From Syntrophaceae bacterium (GTDB lineage: Bacteria; Desulfobacterota; Syntrophia; Syntrophales; UBA5619): DNA of 64,000 nucleotides. The translations under genes and the position numbers were made by a program. The stretch is taken from NCBI GenBank assembly GCA_003141195.1, contig PLLC01000088.1, forward strand, positions 8,595 to 72,594, read 5' to 3'. Under the pieces are notes generated by a model. That model searched no databases, was not told the origin of the DNA, and was given only the letters and a program-made list of their open reading frames with translations. Of this stretch, positions 38,013 through 47,261 are shown piece after piece. Position 1 is the stretch's first letter; every line of letters starts with the position of its first letter.

Positions 38013-39212
38013 GTGGCTACGACGGTTATCATGCCTAAACTTGGCCTGACCATGAAAGAAGGGACGATTGAGAAATGGCTGAAACAGGAAGGCGATCGTG
38101 TCGAAAAGGGGGAGCCGCTTGTTGAAATCATCACAGAGAAGCTCAACTTTCAATACGAGTCTCCCGCTTCCGGCATTCTCCGGAAGATCCTTCATCCTGC
38201 GGGGAAGGTCGTTGCCGTAACAACGCCCATCGCCATTATTGCCGAGGAAGGTGAGGCATTGCCGGAGTTCGAGGCAAGCAAGCCTGATGTTCCCAAAGAG
38301 GCGCCCATGCCCGCTGCTGCTGTTCAGAGCGAAAGGAAAGAGCATCGGGAACGGATTTTCGCCTCCCCTGTCGCCAGGAAGACCGCTCAGGAAAAAGGAA
38401 TCGATCTCTCTTTGTTAAAGGGATCTGGTCCGGAAGGAAGGATTACTCAGGCAGATGTTTTAAAAGCGGCCGAGAAAGTTCAGACCGAAGGGGTCAAGCC
38501 TTCGGTTCCCGCGCAGAAACCAGAGGATAAAATCATCCCTCTCAAAGGCATCCGTAAAATCATTGCCCAACGAATGACGGACAGTTTCCAGAACACTCCC
38601 CATTTCTACCTTTCCGTGGAGGTAGACATGTCTGCGATCCAGGACGTTAAAGAAAGGGTGAAGGACGAGGTCGAAAAGCGCGCCAAGGTCAAATTAACCC
38701 TGACCGATATATTGGTTAAGGTGGTGGCCTCGGCGCTGAAGGAGCACCCCATCATTAACTCCCGCTTCGAGGGAGATCAGATCCGGTTGCTGGAAGAAAT
38801 CAATGTGGGCGTTGCGATCGCCCTCGCGGATGGGTTGATCGTTCCTGTCGTCCACCGTGCAGATCAAAAATCGTTAACGGAAATTGCATCTGCGATTAGA
38901 ACCATCACTAAAAAGGCAAGAAGGGGGAAGCTCTCTTTGGAAGATGTTGGAGGAGGGACATTCACCCTGTCCAATATGGGGATGCTCGGGATCGATAAAA
39001 TCAATCCCATCATTAATCCACCGGAATGTTCCATCCTGGGGGTGGGCAGGACGATCGAAAAACCGGTGGTTCGGGGAGGGGAAATCAAGATCAAACCCAT
39101 GGCATGGTTCACATTATCCTCTGACCACCGTATCGTCGATGGCGCGGCCGCGGGTCTCTTCTTGAGCCATATCCAAAAAATAATCGAAACCCCCGCTTTC
39201 CTTCTCGTTTAA
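38013..39212 (+). CDS. Dihydrolipoamide acyltransferase E2 (single lipoyl domain, PSBD, catalytic domain)
   Basis: GTG 38013 lies 7 nt after GGAGG. MPKLGLTMKEGTI, lipoyl-Lys context EIITEKLNF, ASPVARK...GSGPEGRI, SSDHRIVDGA. Confidence 0.85.
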   Translation: MATTVIMPKLGLTMKEGTIEKWLKQEGDRVEKGEPLVEIITEKLNFQYESPASGILRKILHPAGKVVAVTTPIAIIAEEGEALPEFEASKPDVPKEAPMPAAAVQSERKEHRERIFASPVARKTAQEKGIDLSLLKGSGPEGRITQADVLKAAEKVQTEGVKPSVPAQKPEDKIIPLKGIRKIIAQRMTDSFQNTPHFYLSVEVDMSAIQDVKERVKDEVEKRAKVKLTLTDILVKVVASALKEHPIINSRFEGDQIRLLEEINVGVAIALADGLIVPVVHRADQKSLTEIASAIRTITKKARRGKLSLEDVGGGTFTLSNMGMLGIDKINPIINPPECSILGVGRTIEKPVVRGGEIKIKPMAWFTLSSDHRIVDGAAAGLFLSHIQKIIETPAFLLV

Positions 39213-39260
39213 GACAGTGAAAACGATCAGGCGGGAACCAGGTAAGGGGCAGGTGGGAAA

Positions 39261-40235
39261 ATGACATCACGAATCGATAACAAACGTTGTATCAAAATGT
39301 ACGAACAGATGTTGACGATCCGCCATTTTGAGGAAAAAGCGATCGAGCTGTTTGAACATAATCTCATCCGCGGAAACATTCACCCCTGCATCGGGCAGGA
39401 GGCCGTTTCCGTGGGGGTCTGTACCCCTCTTCGACGGGACGATTATATGGTGAATACCCATCGAGGACACGGCAACTGTATTGCCAAAGGGGCGGATTTG
39501 AAATTGATGATGGCTGAGCTTTTCGGGAAATCAACAGGCTATTGCAAGGGCAAGGGAGGCTCCATGCACATTGCCGACTTCCAGGGAGGAAACTTAGGAG
39601 CCAACGGCATCGTCGGCGGCGGTCTTCCGATTGCCGTAGGAGCGGGTATTAGCATTCAAAACAGGGAGACGGATCAGGTCGCCGTCTGTTTCTTCGGGGA
39701 TGGGGCGACGAATCAAGGGACCTTCCACGAAAGCCTCAATCTGGCCGCCCTGTGGAAGCTCCCGGTGATTTTTGTCTGTGAGAACAATCTCTATGGTTTG
39801 TCCACCCCGGTTCGCGAGTCCATTTCCGTCGTCAAAATTTCGGATCGGGCAATGGCCTATGGCATCCCGGGGGTGAGCCTCGATGGAAATGATATCATCG
39901 CGGTATATACGGCAATGAAGGAAGCCGGAGAAAGGGCAAGGGCCGGAGAAGGACCGACATTGCTCGATTGTATCACCTATCGTTTCTATGGCCATTTCAC
40001 GGGAGATCCGGGAAAAGGGATCACCTATCGTTCAAAGGAAGAGATGAACCAATGGCTGGAACGTTGTCCGATCAAAAGATTCAGGGAACGCCTGATCAAG
40101 GAAAAGAGGATAACCGAAAAGACGGAAAAGACAATGGAAGCCGATGTGAAGGCTTCCATTGAAGCGGCTGTTAAATTTGCCAAAGAGAGTCCCCTGCCTT
40201 TGCCTGAAGAGGCCCTTCAAGACCTCTTCCATTGA
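39261..40235 (+). CDS. E1 alpha subunit, copy 2
   Basis: Paralogous to 35297-36268 (GNIHPCIGQEA, THRGHGN, GKGGSMH, FFGDGATNQG). Confidence 0.85.
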   Translation: MTSRIDNKRCIKMYEQMLTIRHFEEKAIELFEHNLIRGNIHPCIGQEAVSVGVCTPLRRDDYMVNTHRGHGNCIAKGADLKLMMAELFGKSTGYCKGKGGSMHIADFQGGNLGANGIVGGGLPIAVGAGISIQNRETDQVAVCFFGDGATNQGTFHESLNLAALWKLPVIFVCENNLYGLSTPVRESISVVKISDRAMAYGIPGVSLDGNDIIAVYTAMKEAGERARAGEGPTLLDCITYRFYGHFTGDPGKGITYRSKEEMNQWLERCPIKRFRERLIKEKRITEKTEKTMEADVKASIEAAVKFAKESPLPLPEEALQDLFH

Positions 40236-40261
40236 AATTATTACCGAACGGAGAGTGCGAA

Positions 40262-41242
40262 ATGCCAGAAATCACTTTTGTTGAGTCGCTTAGAATGACG
40301 CTCAAGGAGGAGATGGAAAGGGATCCTTCTCTGATGCTGATTGGAGAAGATATCGGCCGATATGGGGGCATCTTTGGAGTGACCAAGGGATTGCTGGAAG
40401 AATTCGGGCCCCATCGGGTTCGGAGCACCCCCATCTCCGAATCAGCGATTATCGGCTCCGCCCTGGGAGCGGCCATGACCGGAATTCGGACGGTTGCGGA
40501 ACTCATGTATATAGACTTCACCCCCGTGGCGATGGATCAGATTGTCAATCAGACAGCAAAGATGAGTTACATGTCGGGCGGGAAGGCAAAAGTGCCGATG
40601 GTGATTCGGACTCAGGAAGGCGGAGGCAGGGGAAATGCCGCCCAGCACTCCCAGTGCCTCGAGGCGCTTTTCCTTCATATTCCCGGTTTGAAAATCGTTA
40701 TGCCATCAAATCCTTATGATGCAAGAGGTCTTCTGAAGACCGCCATCCGGGACGATAATCCTGTCATGTTCATCGAGCATAAGCTGCTATATGCCACAAA
40801 GGGATCGATCCCGGATGGGGAGTATTTGATCCCCTTTGGCCAGGCCGATATCAAAAGAAAGGGGAAGGATGTCACGATCGTGGCAATTTCTTATATGGTC
40901 ACAGTGGCCCTAAAGGCCGCTGCCCGGCTGGCGGAAGAAGGCATCGAGGCGGAGGTAATCGACCTGAGAACGCTCGTTCCCCTGGATTTTGATGCCATTC
41001 TCCAATCGGTTCGCAATACGAATCGCGTCGTCATCGTCCATGAGGGATGCCGCACAGGCGGCATCGGGGCGGAGATTGCCGCTCAAATCCAGGAAGAGGC
41101 ATTTGATTATCTCGATGCCCCTGTTGCACGGGTGGGAGCGCTCAATGTGCCGATTCCTTATAGCGAGCCGCTCGAGAACGCCGTGATACCGGATGAAGAC
41201 GATATCGTCAGGGCTGCAAAGAAGGTTTTATATAGGGGCTGA
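40262..41242 (+). CDS. E1 beta subunit, copy 2
   Basis: Paralogous to 36288-37268 (IGEDIGRYGGIFG, STPISE, AAQHSQCLE, IDLRTLVPLD). Confidence 0.85.
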   Translation: MPEITFVESLRMTLKEEMERDPSLMLIGEDIGRYGGIFGVTKGLLEEFGPHRVRSTPISESAIIGSALGAAMTGIRTVAELMYIDFTPVAMDQIVNQTAKMSYMSGGKAKVPMVIRTQEGGGRGNAAQHSQCLEALFLHIPGLKIVMPSNPYDARGLLKTAIRDDNPVMFIEHKLLYATKGSIPDGEYLIPFGQADIKRKGKDVTIVAISYMVTVALKAAARLAEEGIEAEVIDLRTLVPLDFDAILQSVRNTNRVVIVHEGCRTGGIGAEIAAQIQEEAFDYLDAPVARVGALNVPIPYSEPLENAVIPDEDDIVRAAKKVLYRG

Positions 41243-41411
41243 GTTCTTCCGTTTTTTTTCGACTTCGCCGGAGGGTAGGACATCATAAAGGAGGTGATAG
41301 GGGGGCGTGGGGTATGGGGTGTGGGTGGAACAGAGCATTTTCTATCATTATCATCTGAATCGTCTGGGAAGTTTCTTTGAAACCAACAACGGGAATAAAG
41401 GGAGGTTCGAC

Positions 41412-42470
41412 ATGATAAGGGAAAAGAGTCGTTCATGGATTTTCATGGTGTTGACGATGGTTATGGTATGGCTCGTGACGGCCGTACCGGGCGTTGCGGC
41501 GGATCAACCGATCCGGTGGAAAGGGGGAAGCTGCTTCGGACTGGCCTCGCCGCTGGGTAAATATACGATTGTGCTGTGGAAGGAATATGTGGAAAAGATG
41601 AGCGGCGGGAGGATGGTCATCGACCTGCATGACGCGGGTGAGATCGTCCCGCCGACCAAATTATATGACGCCGTCAAGGACGGCATCCTCGATTTCGGGC
41701 TGAATACCCCCGCGTGGCAGAAGGGGAAATATCCGGCAGGCGACCTTTACTACACGTTGATCGGCGGCATCACGGAGTTCAATGACCTTGTCTTATGGAT
41801 GTATGCGGGGGGAGGCAAGGAATTGGAGCAGGAGATGTATAAGGATGAGCTCATCGTCCTTCCTCTGGGTTTGACGCCTCCTGAAGAGGTATGGACCAAA
41901 AAGCCTGTCAAGACCCTGGCGGATCTCAAGGGGATGAAGATCCGGTCCGCGGGCCTCTGCATGGATATGTGGGAAAAATTGGGCGCATCGGTGGTGCTGC
42001 TCGCCGGCGGCGAGGTGGTGCCCGGCCTGCAGAGAGGATTGATCGATGGCGCCGAATTCCTGGACGCATCGATGGATTACACGCTGGGTCTTCACGAGGT
42101 CTGCAAATACCGCTTTGGGCCGCCCGTGCACATGTCAAACAACATCTTCCAACTGCTGATCAAGACGAAATCCTGGAAGGAACTGCCTGCCGACCTGAAG
42201 GCGATTGTGGAAAGCGCCGCGATGTCGGCAACATTACAGGGATATGCGCGGTTCTGGATAGATTCCATCGCATATGACCAGAAGATCCGGGCGTACGGGA
42301 CCATCACGACCAAGCTCTCGAAGGCGGACCAAGCCAAGGCCCGGCAGATGGGCATGGAGATCCTTGAAAAGAAATCGAAGGAAGATCCTTTCTTCGCCAA
42401 GGTGTGGAACTCCCAGAAGGAATTTGTCAAAAAATATAAACCATACTATGACCTGACCAAATTCGATTAA
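41412..42470 (+). CDS. dctP: TRAP transporter substrate-binding protein (DctP family)
   Basis: AAGGGAGG RBS and signal peptide ending VPGVAADQ. Directly followed by DctQ and DctM genes. Confidence 0.7.
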   Translation: MIREKSRSWIFMVLTMVMVWLVTAVPGVAADQPIRWKGGSCFGLASPLGKYTIVLWKEYVEKMSGGRMVIDLHDAGEIVPPTKLYDAVKDGILDFGLNTPAWQKGKYPAGDLYYTLIGGITEFNDLVLWMYAGGGKELEQEMYKDELIVLPLGLTPPEEVWTKKPVKTLADLKGMKIRSAGLCMDMWEKLGASVVLLAGGEVVPGLQRGLIDGAEFLDASMDYTLGLHEVCKYRFGPPVHMSNNIFQLLIKTKSWKELPADLKAIVESAAMSATLQGYARFWIDSIAYDQKIRAYGTITTKLSKADQAKARQMGMEILEKKSKEDPFFAKVWNSQKEFVKKYKPYYDLTKFD

Positions 42471-42495
42471 CGATTCGTTTCCATAATAGGGCACG

Positions 42496-42536
42496 GTCTG
42501 CCGTAATGCCCCCCTGCCGGGGGTATTGCGGCAGAC
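42496..42536 (+). other. Long intercistronic hairpin between dctP and dctQ
   Basis: GTCTGCCGTAATGCCCCC / GGGGGTATTGCGGCAGAC: 18-bp stem with two G-U pairs and no trailing U-tract. Confidence 0.6.
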
Positions 42537-42551
42537 AAAGAAGGAGCATCT

Positions 42552-43058
42552 ATGAAATGGATTAAATATATCGACAGAATCAGCGAATGGACGGGAATCG
42601 CCGCCGCCTGGACCGTCCTTCCCCTCACACTGGTGGTGACCTATGAGGTGGTGATGCGAGATTTTTTCAATCACCCATCCAACTGGGGGTATGACGTCTG
42701 CTGGATGATCTTTGGCCTGCAATTCATGATCGGAGGCGCTTACACCCTTCTCCATAAGGGCCACGTCCGGATCGATATTGTGTACAACATCCTGTCGCCG
42801 CGAGCGCAACAGATCTTCGACTCGGTGGTGTATGTCGTTTTTTTCCTGTTTGTGTTGATCATATTCACATGGGCCGGGATTAAATTTGCCGCCGATGCTT
42901 GGATTAGCGGGGAATATCTCTCCACATCAACCTGGAAATTTCCTTCCAGCGCCATCAAAACCGTTATACCCGTGGGGTATTTTCTGCTCAGCCTCCAGAG
43001 CCTGGCGGAGCTGATCCGCAGCCTGTCTCGTCTCAGGAAGGGAGGAACCAAGGAATGA
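42552..43058 (+). CDS. dctQ: TRAP transporter small permease (DctQ)
   Basis: About 168 aa, 4 TM segments, positioned between DctP and DctM. GAAGGAG RBS. Confidence 0.75.
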   Translation: MKWIKYIDRISEWTGIAAAWTVLPLTLVVTYEVVMRDFFNHPSNWGYDVCWMIFGLQFMIGGAYTLLHKGHVRIDIVYNILSPRAQQIFDSVVYVVFFLFVLIIFTWAGIKFAADAWISGEYLSTSTWKFPSSAIKTVIPVGYFLLSLQSLAELIRSLSRLRKGGTKE

Positions 43059-44389
43059 GCCCTGAACAGATTGTTTCCATTGTCATGTTCGTTATCCTTT
43101 TCGTAATCGTGATCGGCGGGGTCCATCTTGCCTTCGCCTTGATGTTCATCGGGCTCTTTTTCGGCTTGATCTTCCAGGGCGCATCGTTTCTCCCCATGGC
43201 CATCCTGCAGACCTTCGATGTGATGGAGAGCGAGGTCCTGATCGCGGTTCCCCTCTTTGTTTTCATGGGGACCATCCTGGAAAAGAGCGGCATTTCCGAA
43301 AAGGTGTATCAAAGCCTGTACGAATGGTTCGGCCCCGTGCGTGGCGGTCTCGCCATCGCCACTATTATCACCTGCACGATTTTTGCCGCCTGCACAGGCG
43401 TTATTGCCGCGACCGTCACCGCCATGACCCTGATCGCGATCCCTTCCATGCTCAAACGGAAGTACGACAAGGGATTGGCCTGCGGCGTGGTCTGCGCCGG
43501 GGGAAGCCTGGGGATTCTGATCCCTCCGAGCGTCATGCTGGTCATGTATGGACCGATGGCAAACCTCTCCGTGGCGAAGCTGTTTGCGGCGGCCCTTTTC
43601 CCCGGCCTTCTGCTCTCCTTCCTGTACCTGCTTTACATTGGGGTCATTTGCTTGATAGACCCGAAAGTGGCGCCGGCCATCCCCCCGGAGGAGCGCCCTC
43701 CCTACGATTGGAAGCTGGTCAAGAAGAGTGCCTACATCATGGTCCCCACGGTCGTTCTCATTGTCGCGGTGCTGGGTTCCATCATGGCCGGCATCGCTTC
43801 TCCGACCGAGGCATCGGGGGTCGGGGCACTCTGTGCACTACTTTTGGCAGCGATGTATCACGAGTTAAACTTTAAAAATGTGAAAGAATCCGCCTATGCG
43901 AGCCTGATCGTCTCGTCAATGGTATTTTTCATCATCATAGGGGCCGGGATCTTCAATGCCGTCTTTCTCTACCTGGGGGGCGGAACCCTGGTGGCGAACC
44001 TGTTGATCGGACTCCCCTTCGGAAAATGGTTCGTCCTGTTCGTCATGATGTTCATCCTGTTCATCGGGGGATTTTTCATCTCCTGGCAGGCCCTCCTGTT
44101 CATCGTCGTGCCCGTTTTCCTGCCTGTGGTTGTGAAATTGCAATTTGACCAACTCTGGTTCGGCATGCTGGTCTGCGTGAACCTCCAGATGTCTTTCCTC
44201 ACACCCCCGTTTGCTTACGCGATCTTCTTCTTGAAGGGGTCCGCCCCCCCGGAGATCACGACCTGGGATATCTACCGGGGCGTTGTCCCGTTCGTGATTC
44301 TTCAGGCGGTGGGATTGTTCATCTGCGTCGTTTATCCCGATATCATCCTCTGGTTGCCCCGGGTGACGCTTGGGGGGGGAGGGAGATAA
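43055..44389 (+). CDS. dctM: TRAP transporter large permease (DctM)
   Basis: 444 aa polytopic protein. Motifs FMGTILEKSGIS, GGSLGILIPPS and NLQMSFLTPPFAYAIFF. Start overlaps the dctQ stop. Confidence 0.85.
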   Translation: MSPEQIVSIVMFVILFVIVIGGVHLAFALMFIGLFFGLIFQGASFLPMAILQTFDVMESEVLIAVPLFVFMGTILEKSGISEKVYQSLYEWFGPVRGGLAIATIITCTIFAACTGVIAATVTAMTLIAIPSMLKRKYDKGLACGVVCAGGSLGILIPPSVMLVMYGPMANLSVAKLFAAALFPGLLLSFLYLLYIGVICLIDPKVAPAIPPEERPPYDWKLVKKSAYIMVPTVVLIVAVLGSIMAGIASPTEASGVGALCALLLAAMYHELNFKNVKESAYASLIVSSMVFFIIIGAGIFNAVFLYLGGGTLVANLLIGLPFGKWFVLFVMMFILFIGGFFISWQALLFIVVPVFLPVVVKLQFDQLWFGMLVCVNLQMSFLTPPFAYAIFFLKGSAPPEITTWDIYRGVVPFVILQAVGLFICVVYPDIILWLPRVTLGGGGR

Positions 44390-44433
44390 AGGGTTAAGAT
44401 CTTCACATCCCGAACGAAATGAAGGGAAAGAAA

Positions 44434-45234
44434 ATGGGTGAGCGATTAAAAAATAAAGTGGCCATCGTCACAGGCGCCGGATCTGTAGGGCCGGGCTGGG
44501 GGAACGGCAAGGCCACGGCGGTGTTGTTTGCCAGGGAAGGCGCAAAGGTTTTTGCCGTGGATTTGAATCTCACTGCCGCCGAGGAGACAAAAGCGATCAT
44601 CGACCAGGAAGGCGGGGTTTGCACGGTGATGAAGGTCGATGTTTCCAGGCCGGACGAGGTCAAAGCGATGGTCGATGAATGCATCGGGACCTTCGGCCGG
44701 ATCGATATCCTTCATAACAATGTGGGCATCGTCGTATTGGGCGGGCTTGCGGAAACCAGCGAGGAAACCTGGGACCGCGTGATGTCGATCAACCTGAAGA
44801 GCATGTTTCTGACGTGCAAATATTCGCTTCCCCACATGGAAAGAGGGGGAGGGGGCGTCATCACCAATATTTCCTCCGTGTCCGCGATCCGTTACATCGG
44901 CATCCCCTACATTACCTACTACGCGAGCAAGGCGGGGATCCTTGGATTGACGCAAGGGATAGCGCTTCAATATGCGGACAAAAATATCCGCGCCAACGCC
45001 ATTCTGCCGGGTTTGATGGATACGCCGCTGATTCGTGAGCCGCTCAAGGATTTCTATGCGGCCGGGGACATACAGGAAATGATCGAAATCCGAAACAAAA
45101 AGTGTCCCACGGGGAAGATGGGGGATGCCTGGGACGTCGCCCACGCCGCCCTGTTTCTTGCATCGGATGAGGCCAAATATATCACCGGGACGCAAATGGT
45201 CGTGGATGGCGGACTGACTTGCAGGTCCATTTAA
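44434..45234 (+). CDS. Short-chain dehydrogenase/reductase (classical SDR)
   Basis: VTGAGSVGPGWG, NNVG, S...YYASK and PG motifs. ATG 44434 was preferred (AAGGGAAAG RBS); 44419 is an alternative. Confidence 0.8.
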   Translation: MGERLKNKVAIVTGAGSVGPGWGNGKATAVLFAREGAKVFAVDLNLTAAEETKAIIDQEGGVCTVMKVDVSRPDEVKAMVDECIGTFGRIDILHNNVGIVVLGGLAETSEETWDRVMSINLKSMFLTCKYSLPHMERGGGGVITNISSVSAIRYIGIPYITYYASKAGILGLTQGIALQYADKNIRANAILPGLMDTPLIREPLKDFYAAGDIQEMIEIRNKKCPTGKMGDAWDVAHAALFLASDEAKYITGTQMVVDGGLTCRSI

Positions 45235-45269
45235 CCTGCTGATTCACTTATGGTCATAAAAGGAGAAAT

Positions 45270-46034
45270 ATGAAATTGAAAGATAAAATCGCGATCGTAA
45301 CCGGTGGCGCCAGGGGCATCGGCCAGGCATGCGCCATTGCGTTGGCCAGAGAGGGCGCTCATGTTTGTGTGACGGACATCATCCCGATGGAAGAAACGGT
45401 TGATATCATAGAATCTCTCAATCGGCGGGCCCTCGGAATCAGGACGGATGTATCCCAAAAAGGGGATGTCCTCGCTATGGTCGCACAAGTCATTGAGAAA
45501 TTCGGGAAGATCGATATCCTGGTGAATAATGCCGGGACCTGCCAGCGGGTTCCGCTGGAAGAACTCACGGAAGAACAATGGGACAGGGATGTAAATACCA
45601 TCATGAAGGGGACCTTCTTCTGTACCCAGGCTGTCTTCCCGCATATGAAGACGAAGGGATGCGGAAAGATCGTCAACATCGCGTCGATTTCAGGAAAGAT
45701 CGGCGGGGCTGTATCCAAGAAAGGAGCTGGTGTTGAAGGCAAACGTGGGCGCTCCGGTCCTGCCTATGCGGCCGCAAAGGGGGGTGTCATTGCCTTCACC
45801 AAATGGGTCGCCAAAGACGCCGGTTGTTATGGGATTTATGTGAATGCCATAGCGCCGGGCGGGATCGAAACAGAAATGTCAAAGGGTTTCGTTTATCCCA
45901 TCGAAGACCTCCCTATCTCAAGAATGGGAAAACCGGAAGATGTCGCCCAAATGGTTGTCTTCCTTGCTTCGGATGCATCCAATTATACCACAGGACAGAC
46001 CATCAATGTGGATGGCGGTTGGGTCATGGATTAA
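45270..46034 (+). CDS. Short-chain dehydrogenase/reductase (FabG-like, with an insertion before the YxxxK motif)
   Basis: VTGGARGIG, NNAG and AYAAAK motifs. An extra segment GGAVSKKGAGVEGKRGRSGP precedes the catalytic Tyr. Confidence 0.8.
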   Translation: MKLKDKIAIVTGGARGIGQACAIALAREGAHVCVTDIIPMEETVDIIESLNRRALGIRTDVSQKGDVLAMVAQVIEKFGKIDILVNNAGTCQRVPLEELTEEQWDRDVNTIMKGTFFCTQAVFPHMKTKGCGKIVNIASISGKIGGAVSKKGAGVEGKRGRSGPAYAAAKGGVIAFTKWVAKDAGCYGIYVNAIAPGGIETEMSKGFVYPIEDLPISRMGKPEDVAQMVVFLASDASNYTTGQTINVDGGWVMD

Positions 46035-46054
46035 TATTTTTGGAGGTAATACGA

Positions 46055-46399
46055 ATGGTAAAAGATCCTAACGAATTAATGGCTGATCTTGGCAAGGGTA
46101 TGGCAACTTTAGGAGACGACGCTCCTGAATTAAGTGCTGCATTTGTGCGGATGGACCAGGCTGCTTATGTTGAAGGTGAAATCGAACGCAAATATAAAGA
46201 GCTTATCGGACTGGGAATTGCACTTTACGCCCGCTGTGAATACTGCATGAACCTTCATGTTAAACAGGCTCTGAATGAAGGGGCAACTCGGGAAGAAATC
46301 CTGGAGGCCTGCTCGGTGGCCGTTGCTTTTGGCGGATCTCCGTCCATGGCGTACCTCGCAACTACTGTTTTAAAGGCTCTGGATACCTTTGAAGAATAG
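46055..46399 (+). CDS. Carboxymuconolactone decarboxylase / AhpD-like family protein with a CxxC motif
   Basis: ELIGLGIALYARCEYCMNLH is the typical AhpD-fold CxxC helix. GGAGG RBS. Confidence 0.7.
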   Translation: MVKDPNELMADLGKGMATLGDDAPELSAAFVRMDQAAYVEGEIERKYKELIGLGIALYARCEYCMNLHVKQALNEGATREEILEACSVAVAFGGSPSMAYLATTVLKALDTFEE

Positions 46400-46400
46400 C

Positions 46401-46522
46401 GGTTATTGCATAACTCCCCATTCTGGCATTCCCGCAACGATTCTGAGCGGGAATCTGGTTCTACCTGCTTGAGAAACCATATCTCCATAGAGGCATTCGG
46501 GACAAATCGTTATGCAATTACC
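46401..46522. repeat. Small inverted-repeat element with an internal GGCATTCCCGC...GCGGGAATC hairpin
   Basis: GGTTATTGCATAAC (46401-46414) and GTTATGCAATTACC (46509-46522) are inverted repeats. Confidence 0.55.
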
Positions 46523-46538
46523 TCAATAGATTTATTAT

Positions 46539-47261
46539 ATGATCAAGGATGATGATGTGACCAGACCCGGATACTGTTTGGAAATGGGGATGGAAGAATA
46601 CGGGAAGATTTTCGAATTACAGAAGAAACTGAATCAGGCCCGTAGGAACGGAACCATACCGGATACCGTCATTCTCCTGGAGCATCATCCCTGCTTTACC
46701 ATCGGAAGAAAGGGCGGTTTCGACCATATCCTGGTCAGTGATCAGTTTTTAGATCAGGAAGGTATCAAGGTGTATGAAACCGATCGGGGTGGGGATATCA
46801 CCTACCACGGGCCGGGGCAACTGGTTTGTTATCCGATTTTGGATCTCAACGGATTTGGGTGTGACGTTCATTTATATGCCCGCCGGATGGAGGAAACGCT
46901 GATCCGCACCTTGGAATCTTTCGGTATCGCGGCCGGGCGCAGAGAGGATTATCCCGGGGTGTGGGCAGGCGCCGCAAAAATCGGCGCCGAGGGCATCGCC
47001 GTTCAACATTGGGTGACGATGCACGGCGTTTCGCTGAATGTTTGCCCGGACCTGCGGCATTTTTCATTCATTGTTCCCTGCGGAATTTCCACCCTGGGGG
47101 TAACCTCCATGGAGGAACTTCTGGGTCATCCGATAGATATGGCCCTGGTCAAAGCAGAAATGCGCCGGCAGTTGAGCAGAATATTTGACCTGACTCTAAA
47201 AGACATCAGCCTGAAAAAGGTGATGGAGATGGCAGGGGGGATGCACACCCTGTATGAATAA
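46539..47261 (+). CDS. lipB: Octanoyltransferase LipB
   Basis: LLEHHPCFTIGRKG, RGGDITYHGPGQLVCYP and KIGAEGIAV...TMHGVSLNV motifs. Confidence 0.85.
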   Translation: MIKDDDVTRPGYCLEMGMEEYGKIFELQKKLNQARRNGTIPDTVILLEHHPCFTIGRKGGFDHILVSDQFLDQEGIKVYETDRGGDITYHGPGQLVCYPILDLNGFGCDVHLYARRMEETLIRTLESFGIAAGRREDYPGVWAGAAKIGAEGIAVQHWVTMHGVSLNVCPDLRHFSFIVPCGISTLGVTSMEELLGHPIDMALVKAEMRRQLSRIFDLTLKDISLKKVMEMAGGMHTLYE

